Source: Capsulimonadaceae bacterium (GTDB lineage Bacteria; Armatimonadota; Armatimonadia; Armatimonadales; Capsulimonadaceae). From it: DNA of 32,000 bases. The stretch lies in contig OZ244065.1 in NCBI GenBank assembly GCA_965215505.1, positions 5,403,218 through 5,435,217 of the forward strand. The letters run 5' to 3'. Position numbers and translations under genes: made by a program. Every line of letters starts with the position of its first letter. The first letter of the stretch is position 1. Below, in pieces: positions 24,602 through 32,000 of this stretch. The notes beneath the pieces were generated by a model, which was given only the letters and a program-made list of their open reading frames with translations, searched no databases and was not told the DNA's origin.

Positions 24602-24676
24602 AAGAAGGGCGAACACAAGGTTCGCCCCTACGGGGATGAAGATGCCATATCGTAGGGCCAAACCTTGTGTTCGCCC
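24602..24676. repeat. inverted doublet of REP-like units (REPIN/BIME-like)
   Basis: 24607-24631 is GGGCGAACacaagGTTCGCCCCTAC. 24652-24676 is GTAGGGCCAAACcttgtGTTCGCCC. The two lie in opposite orientation with 2 mismatches, inside the 177-nt gap between the SBP and permease genes. Confidence 0.85.
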
Positions 24677-24727
24677 TTTTGCCCGCCCTTTTGCCCGTAC
24701 ATTCGCCCGCATCCACTAATCGCTCCC

Positions 24728-25996
24728 TCATTCCAAAGCCCGCCGCAGTTCCCGCTCGCACTTCTCGGCGGCGGCCTGGACCTCGGCGGCGGCGGGGCGG
24801 CCTTGCTTCAGGATGTTCGTCATGGCGTCGGTCAGGGCCGTGCCCATGGCGGCGTTCCAGGTGGTCGGCAGGATCTGGCCGTAGGCGGCGAGGTCGGCGA
24901 CCGCCAGGGCCGGGACCGGGGCGTGGAGCGCGGTCGCCGTCCGGGCGACGCTCTCCCGCGGCGGGACGTGGAAGCCGTAGGACAGGCACCAGTCCTGCTG
25001 GAGACGCTTGTTCTCGACCCAAAGCCACCGGACGTAGTTCTTGGCCTCCGCCACCTGCGGCCCCTGCGCGTTGACCATCGCCGACCAGCCGCCCAGGAAG
25101 GTCGCGGGCCGACCGGCAGCATCGAGCGCGGGCCAGGCCATGCCGCCCACGTCGTCGCCCAATGCCTTCTTGATGGCCGGGTACGACCACAGGCCCCCCC
25201 ACTGCATGGCGGCCAATCCCTGCGTCAAGGCGGACGGGTCCCACCAGTCCGTCGGTGCCCCGATCAGCAACGACCCAGACTCGTTCAGCTCGCGCACCTT
25301 CTCGTAGGCGAGGGCCGTGCGCGGGGTGTTGAAGACGATCATATTATCTACAAGGAAGTCGCAGCCCGCCGACCAGGGGGCGATGCTGATGAGCGCATAC
25401 ACGCCGCCGTCGTTGCCGACGAACAGGCCCTTGCGGCTGCCTGTGGAGAGCTTCTTTGATGCCCGGATCAGCTCGTCCATCGTCTGCGGTGGCCCCAGCC
25501 CGGCGGCCCGCAGGAGGCTGGGGCGGTAGTAGAGGATGCCCGCGTCGTCGAGCATCTTGACGCCGTAGACTTTGCCGCCGACGCTGTTCATCGCCAGGTC
25601 ACGCGCGGGGAAGTCGCGGCGCACGCCCGGCGGGAACAGGTCGTCCAGCGCGGCCACCTGGCCCGCCTCCACCATCGCCACCGTCAGCGAGCTGCTCTCA
25701 AAGATGTCTGGCCCGCCCCGAGTCAGCAGCGCGGTCGAGAGCTTCGTGCCGTAGTCGCCCGGCACCCAGACGACCTGGATGCCGATGTCCGGGTGCAGCC
25801 TCATGTACTCGTCGGCATACCGCTGGACCGCCTGCTGCGTCCCCTCCTCGCCGTACTGGTGGTACCACTGGGTCAGCGTGACGCGCTTGCCGGGCATCGC
25901 CGGCCGGCCGCACCCGGCCAGCAGCGCGGCGGCACCGGCACCCGCTGCCGTCAGGAACTCGCGGCGGCTGCCTTGCCATAGCGGAAACGCGTTCAT
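24728..25996 (-). CDS. ABC transporter extracellular sugar-binding lipoprotein (SBP family 1), Tat/lipobox signal
   Basis: SRREFLTAAGAGAAALLAGC signal. SBP_bac_1-like body (VTLTQWYHQY, VVWVPGDYGTKL, GKVYGVKM). Confidence 0.9.
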   Translation of the reverse strand: MNAFPLWQGSRREFLTAAGAGAAALLAGCGRPAMPGKRVTLTQWYHQYGEEGTQQAVQRYADEYMRLHPDIGIQVVWVPGDYGTKLSTALLTRGGPDIFESSSLTVAMVEAGQVAALDDLFPPGVRRDFPARDLAMNSVGGKVYGVKMLDDAGILYYRPSLLRAAGLGPPQTMDELIRASKKLSTGSRKGLFVGNDGGVYALISIAPWSAGCDFLVDNMIVFNTPRTALAYEKVRELNESGSLLIGAPTDWWDPSALTQGLAAMQWGGLWSYPAIKKALGDDVGGMAWPALDAAGRPATFLGGWSAMVNAQGPQVAEAKNYVRWLWVENKRLQQDWCLSYGFHVPPRESVARTATALHAPVPALAVADLAAYGQILPTTWNAAMGTALTDAMTNILKQGRPAAAEVQAAAEKCERELRRALE

Positions 25997-26025
25997 GCTC
26001 CTTTAGTTCGAGAGGCGCACTGATA

Positions 26026-26048
26026 TTTCCTCCCACCCAGGGAGGAAA
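26026..26048. promoter_or_regulatory. perfect 9-bp inverted repeat in the divergent control region of the two ABC operons
   Basis: TTTCCTCCC-accca-GGGAGGAAA, lying between ATG 25996 (-) and ATG 26082 (+). Confidence 0.4.
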
Positions 26049-26081
26049 CTATTCTAAGGACGTTGAATGTAAGACAAGCGT

Positions 26082-27398
26082 ATGCCACCCATGAAACATT
26101 CCCCTATCATTACCACTTTATCGTTACTGGCCGCCCTCTGGCTAGCGTTTGTCTGCGCTGGCTGCTCCCATCCACCCACCGAGCGCGGCGTGGACAAGGA
26201 CGCGCAGGGCCGCATCGTCCTGAACTACTGGAACGGGTTCACCGGGCCGGACGGCAAGACGATGACGGCGATGGTCGAAAAGTTCCAGCAGGAGAACCCG
26301 GACATCCAGGTCAAGATGCAGCTCATCCCGTGGGGGACGTACTACAACAAGCTGACCCTGGCCCTGGCCTACGGCGGGGCACCCGACGTGTTCATCTGTC
26401 AGGCGCATCGGATGCCCGAGTTCGCCTCGTTCGACACGCTGCTCCCACTCAAGAGCCTGTACGACTCGTCCCAGCCGCCACTGACCGCGTCGCAGTTCGC
26501 CAAGGCGCCCTGGCAGTCCTCGTTCTACAAGGGGGTCCAATACGGGCTGCCGCTGGACGTCTGGCCGATGGGGATGTACTACAACGTCAAGCTGTTCAAA
26601 GCGGCGGGCATCGTGGATGCCCAGGGGAACGCCCTGCCGCCGCGCACCTGGGAGGAGTTCCTGAAGGACGCCAAGAAGCTGACCAAGGACACGACGGGCC
26701 GGGGCCGGCCCGACCAATGGGGCTTCGTCGTCACCAACCAGGAGACGATCTTCCTGGCGATGACCGACCAGTTCGGCGGCGACATCCTCACGCCCGACGG
26801 TCGCCGCGGCAACCTGTCCTCGCCCGCCTGCATCGCCGCCATAAGCCGGATGCACGACCTGATCTACAAATACCATGTCGCCCCGCGCCCCGAGGGCATC
26901 GACTCCTGGCTCGCGCTCCAGCAGGGGAAGGTGGCGATGGGGCTGGAAGGGATCTACATGCTGTCCTCGCTCCAGGAGCAGAAGACTCAGGACTTTGCGG
27001 GTGCGCCGATCCCGCAGTTCGGGCCCGACACGGCCACCTGGGGCGGCTCGCACCTGCTCTGCCAGCCGCGCGGGCTGTCCGAGGAGCGGTCCAAGGCGGC
27101 CTGGCGGCTGATGCGCTATTTGTCCGACCACAGCCTGACCTGGGCGGCGGGCGGGCAGGTGCCCGCCCGCGAGGACATAGAGAAGTCGGCGCAGTTCCAG
27201 GCGCTGCCGGTGCAGGCGCAGTTCGCGCGGCAGCTCCCTTATGTGCATTACGCGCCCCTCGTGCCCTCCGACAACTCGCTGTTCCAGTTCGTGGACCCGG
27301 CCGTGGAGGCCGTGCTGCTGAACCTGCAAACCCCGGAAGCCGCCATGCGTGACGCCGACCGGCGCATCAATCAAACGCTGGAAAGGGAGCGTCAATGA
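26082..27398 (+). CDS. ABC transporter extracellular sugar-binding lipoprotein (SBP family 1)
   Basis: Lipobox LAFVCAGCS. IVLNYWNGFTGPDGKTM, IPWGTYYNKLTLA, GVQYGLPLD. An alternative ATG at 26091 is possible. Confidence 0.9.
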   Translation: MPPMKHSPIITTLSLLAALWLAFVCAGCSHPPTERGVDKDAQGRIVLNYWNGFTGPDGKTMTAMVEKFQQENPDIQVKMQLIPWGTYYNKLTLALAYGGAPDVFICQAHRMPEFASFDTLLPLKSLYDSSQPPLTASQFAKAPWQSSFYKGVQYGLPLDVWPMGMYYNVKLFKAAGIVDAQGNALPPRTWEEFLKDAKKLTKDTTGRGRPDQWGFVVTNQETIFLAMTDQFGGDILTPDGRRGNLSSPACIAAISRMHDLIYKYHVAPRPEGIDSWLALQQGKVAMGLEGIYMLSSLQEQKTQDFAGAPIPQFGPDTATWGGSHLLCQPRGLSEERSKAAWRLMRYLSDHSLTWAAGGQVPAREDIEKSAQFQALPVQAQFARQLPYVHYAPLVPSDNSLFQFVDPAVEAVLLNLQTPEAAMRDADRRINQTLERERQ

Positions 27399-28381
27399 GC
27401 ATCCCCATCGCCTCTCCCATCACCGTCCCCGTCACGCCCCACGCGCGGGCGGGCACGAGGACACGGCCCCAGCGCGCAGATACGGCCGTCGGCCTGCTGT
27501 TCGCCCTGCCGCACCTGGTCCTGTTCACCGTGTTCCTGCTGGCCCCGACCGTGTACGGCTTCTGGATCTCGCTGCACCACTGGCACATCCTGGCGAAGAC
27601 GCACCCCTTCATCGGCCTGGGCAACTACGGGCAGGTCTTCTCCGACGACATCTTCTGGATGGCCCTACGGAACACCGTGTATTTCGTGGTCCTGGTCGTC
27701 CCCGCCGGCAACCTGGTGTCCCTGCTGCTCGCGCTGGGGCTGGTCTCTTTGCGGCGGTTCCAGACGTTTTACAAGATCGTTTTCTACCTGCCGGTCATCA
27801 TCTCCATCGCCGTCGTCGCGACGCTCTGGCAGTGGCTCTACAACACGGACATCGGCCTGCTGAACCTCTACCTGGAGAGCGTCGTGGGCGGCCTACGGCA
27901 CCTGGGCCTGCCCCTGCCGCCGTTCGCCCCGATCCCCTGGCTGTCTAGCCCCGCCAACGTCATGCCCTCGGTCGCCCTGCTGTCGGTCTGGTGGGGCGCG
28001 GGCGGCAACATGATCCTGTACCTGGCCGGCCTGAACAACATCCCGGACGACTACCAGGAGGCGGCGCAGATAGACGGGGCGGGCGCGTGGCAGCGTTTCA
28101 AAGCCATCACCTGGCCGCTGCTGAAGCCGACCACTCTTTTTTGCCTGGTCTTCTCCGTCCTCGGCGCGTTCCAGGTCTTCGGCCAGACCTATGTGCTGTA
28201 CGGCGGCGGGTCGGGGCCGGGCCGGGCGGGGCTGACATTAGCCCTGTACATGTTCCAGCAGGGGTTCGGCGAGTACCAGATCGGCTACGGCACTGCGGTC
28301 GCGTATGTGCTGTTCGCCATCGTCCTGCTGCTGACCCTGGTTCAGTTCCGCGTCCTGGCCCTGGGCGGCCAGAAAAACTAA
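27395..28381 (+). CDS. carbohydrate ABC transporter permease (CUT1, MalF-like)
   Basis: ATGA overlap with the SBP stop. EAA motif YQEAAQIDGAGAWQRFKAITWPLL. Confidence 0.9.
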   Translation: MSIPIASPITVPVTPHARAGTRTRPQRADTAVGLLFALPHLVLFTVFLLAPTVYGFWISLHHWHILAKTHPFIGLGNYGQVFSDDIFWMALRNTVYFVVLVVPAGNLVSLLLALGLVSLRRFQTFYKIVFYLPVIISIAVVATLWQWLYNTDIGLLNLYLESVVGGLRHLGLPLPPFAPIPWLSSPANVMPSVALLSVWWGAGGNMILYLAGLNNIPDDYQEAAQIDGAGAWQRFKAITWPLLKPTTLFCLVFSVLGAFQVFGQTYVLYGGGSGPGRAGLTLALYMFQQGFGEYQIGYGTAVAYVLFAIVLLLTLVQFRVLALGGQKN

Positions 28382-28391
28382 GGGGAAACTC

Positions 28392-29234
28392 ATGGATACG
28401 ATACGACGCGGGCAGTGGGGCCTGCACGCCCTCATGCTCATCGCCGCTTTCCTGTTCGCCGCGCCGCTGCTGTGGATGCTTTCGACGGCCTTGAAGTCGC
28501 CCGAAGACATCATCAACGGCCTGGGAACGGCGCGGTGGCTGCCGCACCCCGCGACCCTGGAGAACTTCAGTAATGTGCTGGCGAAGACCGAGGAGTTCCC
28601 CATCTGGCGCTGGACCGGCAACAGCCTGCTGATCTCGCTGGCCGTGACCCTTCTTGTGCTTGTCGTGGACTCGCTGGCGGCGTATTCCTACGCCCGCCTG
28701 CGCTGGCCGGGCCGCGACCGCCTGTTCGGCGTCCTGGTGGCGACCATGCTGGTGCCGGGCCAGGTGCTTCTCATCCCCATGTACCTGATCATCCGGGGGC
28801 TGGGGTGGTTCGACACCTATTGGGCCTTGATCGTCCCCGCCGGGGCTAGCGCGTTCGGCGTCTTCCTGCTGCGGCAGTTCTTCCTGACGATCCCCAGTGA
28901 GCTGGAGGATGCCGCCCGCATGGACGGCTGCGGGCCGCTCGGCATCTTCTGGAATGTCATTTTGCCGCTGTCCAAGCCCGCCCTCGCGACCCTGGGCATC
29001 TTCACGTTCATGGGGACCTGGAACGCCTTCGAAGGGCCGCTCATCTTCACCGACAGCAACGAGATGCGGACCCTGCCCATCGGCATCACCATCTTCCAGG
29101 GGCACTACAGCGCCGAGTACGGCCCGATGATGGCCGCCGCCGCCCTCGCCGCCATTCCGGTGACATTGGCCTTCCTGCTGCTGCAAAAGCAGATCATCAA
29201 GGGCATCTCGCTGACGGGTCTGGCCGGGCGGTAG
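28392..29234 (+). CDS. carbohydrate ABC transporter permease (CUT1, MalG-like)
   Basis: EAA motif LEDAARMDGCGPLGIFWNVILPLS. C-terminal LLLQKQIIKGI. Confidence 0.9.
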   Translation: MDTIRRGQWGLHALMLIAAFLFAAPLLWMLSTALKSPEDIINGLGTARWLPHPATLENFSNVLAKTEEFPIWRWTGNSLLISLAVTLLVLVVDSLAAYSYARLRWPGRDRLFGVLVATMLVPGQVLLIPMYLIIRGLGWFDTYWALIVPAGASAFGVFLLRQFFLTIPSELEDAARMDGCGPLGIFWNVILPLSKPALATLGIFTFMGTWNAFEGPLIFTDSNEMRTLPIGITIFQGHYSAEYGPMMAAAALAAIPVTLAFLLLQKQIIKGISLTGLAGR

Positions 29235-29267
29235 AACACAGACTGCTTCCCTAAAGGGCAGACAGGC

Positions 29268-29660
29268 ATGGCACAAACGCGGATCAACACGCAGGACTCT
29301 CGATTAACGCTGACCGTCATGCGCGCACCGTCACTGCTCGGCAAGGCCTTGGACCTCTTCTCCCATGATGAACAGGCAGGCAGCGTCTTTGTCTTCGACC
29401 GCAGCGACGACTCGCTCCGGCGTAACGGCAAGGCGCTCTGCGCGCTCAGTCAATTCCAGTCGGCGCGCATTGACAAATGGCTGGGCATGGAACCGGGCGG
29501 CGACCCGTCCGGCAGCCGCTACGGCCTCTCCCTGCTGCTGGTGGATGGCCGAAAGATCACACTCGCCGAGGCGTTTCAGGGGGAGAGTCTGGAGGAGATG
29601 AACCGGGTGGCCGATGCCGTTTCGCGGTATACCAACGTCCGCGTTCATCGGGAGGAATGA
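29268..29660 (+). CDS. hypothetical cytoplasmic protein (130 aa)
   Basis: Non-repetitive, balanced amino-acid composition, unlike the GC-artefact ORFs. Its stop overlaps the next ATG (ATGA). No family recognised. Confidence 0.55.
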   Translation: MAQTRINTQDSRLTLTVMRAPSLLGKALDLFSHDEQAGSVFVFDRSDDSLRRNGKALCALSQFQSARIDKWLGMEPGGDPSGSRYGLSLLLVDGRKITLAEAFQGESLEEMNRVADAVSRYTNVRVHREE

Positions 29661-30103
29661 AAATCCTGTCATGCACATTGGTGTTGATAGGCCTGTGCTT
29701 CATCCTCGGCCCTAGCTTCGGGCAGGACGGAGCGCATCACAGGTCTGCGCGTCCTGCCGCCCACGCGCGGCTTGCCGGGACCTACACGCGCGTCAAGCGC
29801 TATGGGGATGAGAGCCGGAGCGCGATCCTCGCCATAAAGCAGAGCAACCCCGGCACTGTCAGGTTCGATCTGACGGCGCTCTGGTGGCCGGTAGGACGGA
29901 GCGATTCGCCGCATAACGGGGAGATCAAGGCGACGGTTCCGCTGCATGATCATATCGCGGTCTACAAGAATGGTGACTACCGCCTGACGTTAAAGTTTCG
30001 AGCGCGCACCGTTGTGGTGACGGAGAGCGGCAGCAACCCCGATTTCGGCGTGGGTGTCAGCGCGGCAGGAACCTACCGGCGCACGAAAAGGGTATCTCGC
30101 TGA
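29657..30103 (+). CDS. hypothetical secreted protein (148 aa)
   Basis: ATG 29657 has a GGGAGGA SD. Signal peptide MKILSCTLVLIGLCFILGPSFGQ. No family recognised. The ORF-track start at 29477 overlaps the previous gene. Confidence 0.6.
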   Translation: MKILSCTLVLIGLCFILGPSFGQDGAHHRSARPAAHARLAGTYTRVKRYGDESRSAILAIKQSNPGTVRFDLTALWWPVGRSDSPHNGEIKATVPLHDHIAVYKNGDYRLTLKFRARTVVVTESGSNPDFGVGVSAAGTYRRTKRVSR

Positions 30104-30167
30104 AGGACCTGGTTGGACGATAGGAGAGGGCGCGGTCAGGAGCAGGGATGAGGAGGGTCGGGACAAG

Positions 30168-30226
30168 CCCTACCCCTACCCCTACGGTTGCGGGGCGTCC
30201 GGGTAGGGGCGGGGTTTACCCCGCCC
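30168..30226. repeat. (CCCTAC)x3 followed by a GTAG-headed hairpin; likely bidirectional terminator between convergent genes
   Basis: Three tandem CCCTAC hexamers at 30168-30185. GTAGGGGCGGGGtttaCCCCGCCC at 30203-30226, followed by TTTCC. Sits between the stop at 30103 (+) and the stop at 30237 (-). Confidence 0.7.
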
Positions 30227-30236
30227 TTTCCGCCGT

Positions 30237-30962
30237 TTACCACGGAACAATGCCATCCTCGTCGAAGTAGCCGCCTGTCGGACCATCGGCGGGCAGCGTG
30301 GCGAGGCGCACGGCGGCGGTCGCGCCCTGTTCGACCGTGCGCGGGCCGCTGTTCTGGTTCAGGTCTGTGGCCGTGTAGCCGGGGTCGGCGGCGTTCACCT
30401 TGATGGGCGTGTCCTGTAGCTCCGCAGCAAAGATCACGGTCATCATGTTCAGGGCGGCCTTGGAGGAGTTATAAGCCAGCGGCTTGACGCCTGCATATTG
30501 CCCGTTGGGATCGCTGTTCTGGGTGAGCGATCCCAGCCCGCTGGAGTGGTTGACGATGCGGCCCGCCTCGGACTTCTTCAGCAGCGGCAGGAACGCCTTG
30601 GTCACGGCGAAGACGCCGAAGACGTTGGTTTCGTAGGTGCGGCGCAGGGTGTCCATATCAAGGGCGCTCGCCGGGCCGCCGTCTAGGGCGATGCCGGCGT
30701 TGTTGACCAGCACGTCCAGCCTGCCGTGGTTGGCCTCGATCTGATGCGCGGCGGCCTCAATGCTGGCCGCGTCAGTCACGTCAAGGCGGACCGCGTGCGC
30801 GTCCGCCCCGCCCGCCGTAAGCTCGGCCGCCGCCTCTTCGCCGCGCCCCAGGTCACGCGCCCCAATCAAGACGGTCATGCCTTGCGCCCCGAGCTGCCGG
30901 GCGATCTCCTTGCCGATGCCTTTGTTCGCGCCTGTGATGAGGGCGATCTTCTTTTCTGCCAT
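30237..30962 (-). CDS. classical short-chain dehydrogenase/reductase (SDR)
   Basis: ALITGANKGIGKEIA (TGxxxGIG), NNAG, S...Y..SK catalytic pattern (HSSGLGS..YNSSKAAL). GGAG SD upstream. Confidence 0.9.
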   Translation of the reverse strand: MAEKKIALITGANKGIGKEIARQLGAQGMTVLIGARDLGRGEEAAAELTAGGADAHAVRLDVTDAASIEAAAHQIEANHGRLDVLVNNAGIALDGGPASALDMDTLRRTYETNVFGVFAVTKAFLPLLKKSEAGRIVNHSSGLGSLTQNSDPNGQYAGVKPLAYNSSKAALNMMTVIFAAELQDTPIKVNAADPGYTATDLNQNSGPRTVEQGATAAVRLATLPADGPTGGYFDEDGIVPW

Positions 30963-31074
30963 TGTGTCGGTTCTCCTTCTTGTTCGGCCAATTCCACAAA
31001 CAGTATGGCACGAGGCGGAGCAGGCCGTCAGTCAAGTTTTTGCCCCGGTCAATCAGATTCCTGCTCTCTTCCGC

Positions 31075-31932
31075 CTACAACGACATCCGGCGGCGGAACG
31101 CGGTAGGGGAGAGGCCGGTCGCCCGCTTGAAGTGCCCCGCGAGGTGGCTCTGCTGGGCAAACCCAACCTGCCCGGCCACCTGTCCGACCGAAAGGCCGTT
31201 TCGGCGCAGCAGGCGTTTGGCGGCCTCGACGCGGCACCCGATGACGAACTGATGGGGCGTACCGCCCGTCGCCCGCTTCCAGAGCCGGGCGAAGTGGAAC
31301 GGGCTGATGTTCACAACGCCCGCGATCTCGGCCAGGGTGAGAGGGGAGGTGAGGTTTTCGCGCACATACTCACCGACCCGCCGAATCTCGCCGTCTGACA
31401 GGCCGTGTCCCGGCAACGGAGTCTGAGGGGAGCGGCCGTATTGCCGCAGCAGGTGCGCGGCGAGCGCCGTCGAAAGGCTTTCCGCGAACAGCGAGCCGTT
31501 GCCGCCGCCCGTCTCCGCTTCTGCTCTGAGTGCCAGACCCAGGTGCAGGAGGCGTGGGTCCGCCGCCCCGAAACTGTTGACGAGTTCGGGCGTCTCCCCG
31601 CCGGCCTGCCCGGCGACCCGGCGGAGGAGGCCGGGCGGAATCAGGATCTTCAGGGCATCGGCGGGGGTCTCCCAGCGCCAGCGACTCGGCTGACCCGCCG
31701 GCATGAACAGCACATCGCCGGGAGGCTGCTGCCGCAAGAGCGCCTTGCCGCCCCGCTCCTGCCAGAGCGCAGAGGGTGCCCCGAGATTAATGTAGACGAA
31801 GTGCTGCTCCAGAGGCGGGAAATCGCCCTCGGCGGGGTCTTTGTGTTCGGAGGTGAGTGTCAGGCCGTCTAGGACGATCTCCGATAATATCTTCAAGCCT
31901 TGCACCATGCGTGGATTGTACCCCCGTCGCAC
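31075..31932 (-). CDS. AraC family transcriptional regulator (cupin-like N-terminus + HTH_18)
   Basis: C-terminal LTLAEIAGVVNISPFHFARLWKRATGGTPHQFVIGCRVEAAKRLL...SVGQVAGQVGFAQQSHLAGHFKRATGLSPTAFRR. The start is ambiguous between GTG 31932 and ATG 31908. Confidence 0.88.
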   Translation of the reverse strand: MRRGYNPRMVQGLKILSEIVLDGLTLTSEHKDPAEGDFPPLEQHFVYINLGAPSALWQERGGKALLRQQPPGDVLFMPAGQPSRWRWETPADALKILIPPGLLRRVAGQAGGETPELVNSFGAADPRLLHLGLALRAEAETGGGNGSLFAESLSTALAAHLLRQYGRSPQTPLPGHGLSDGEIRRVGEYVRENLTSPLTLAEIAGVVNISPFHFARLWKRATGGTPHQFVIGCRVEAAKRLLRRNGLSVGQVAGQVGFAQQSHLAGHFKRATGLSPTAFRRRMSL

Positions 31933-31935
31933 GAG

Positions 31936-31967
31936 AAAAGCCCCGCCCTGAATTGGGCGGGGCTTTT
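31936..31967. terminator. rho-independent-type terminator hairpin
   Basis: AAAAGCCCCGCCC-tgaatt-GGGCGGGGCTTTT is a perfect 13-bp stem with A/T tracts on both sides. It lies just upstream of the AraC gene. It probably terminates a minus-strand gene ending off or near the right edge (possible TAG at 31982-31984). Confidence 0.8.
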
Positions 31968-32000
31968 CACATTGTGACAGACTACAGCGTGAAGGTGCCG

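Noticed and set aside
24321-24719. Small plus-strand ORFs in the SBP-permease spacer (132 aa and 109 aa, containing ..ANTRFAPT.. / ..GEHKVRPY..).
   Set aside because: These peptides are simply translations of the REP-like repeat units. The same strings appear wherever the repeat occurs (for example 2014-2277, minus strand).
26063-27395. 429-aa plus-strand (alternate frame) and 417-aa minus-strand ORFs overlapping the second SBP gene.
   Set aside because: Both are R/G/P-rich artefacts. The 26082-27398 frame has a lipobox and SBP family 1 features.
31982-32000. Possible 3' end of a minus-strand gene at the right edge (..GTFTL-stop).
   Set aside because: Only 6 codons are visible, which is too little to support a feature. 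It is mentioned only as the likely owner of the 31936-31967 terminator.

Overview
This is a high-GC bacterial chromosomal segment (roughly two-thirds G+C by eye) with dense, mostly operonic coding. I can support 27 CDS. There are many 4-nt ATGA/TTGA stop-start overlaps and several GTG/TTG starts. I recognised no rRNA, tRNA, CRISPR array, integrase or transposase.

Most of the window is glycan utilisation:
- a 5'-partial six-hairpin glycoside hydrolase (GH) at the left edge, a secreted GH3 and a secreted GH51-like enzyme
- an M42 / GH43 / S41 / GH39-like operon
- two divergently transcribed CUT1-type sugar ABC importers, each with a solute-binding protein (SBP) and two permeases, and no ATPase gene in the window
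- an AraC-SDR pair at the right edge

Two blocks do not fit that theme.

(i) 11.0-16.8 kb is a nucleotide-signalling / conflict-like island.
- A fusion of DUF4071-type TPR, a SLOG/LOG-like module and a class III cyclase, followed by a small secreted protein.
- Transcribed divergently from it, an operon of a RyR-domain protein, then a membrane c-type-heme (DUF3365/Tll0287-like, CxxCH) plus HAMP sensor with no output domain, then a TIR-domain protein with two C-terminal ~58-aa repeats.
- The TIR gene's 3' end overlaps a convergent EAL phosphodiesterase gene.
- A stand-alone Pycsar-effector-like (DUF5706-type) membrane protein lies at 22.0-22.7 kb.

(ii) 4.5-11.0 kb is an ATGA-coupled minus-strand operon encoding a glutaminase-less asparagine-synthetase-like enzyme, a radical SAM enzyme, a flavin-dependent-halogenase-like protein and a secreted GH51-like protein.

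Intergenic regions carry a family of GTAG-headed palindromic (REP-like) repeats, including an inverted doublet inside one ABC operon.

All functional calls come from by-eye motif recognition in the supplied translations; no searches were run. The taxon cannot be determined here. The style is compatible with Chloroflexota/Armatimonadota/Planctomycetota-like genomes, at low confidence.
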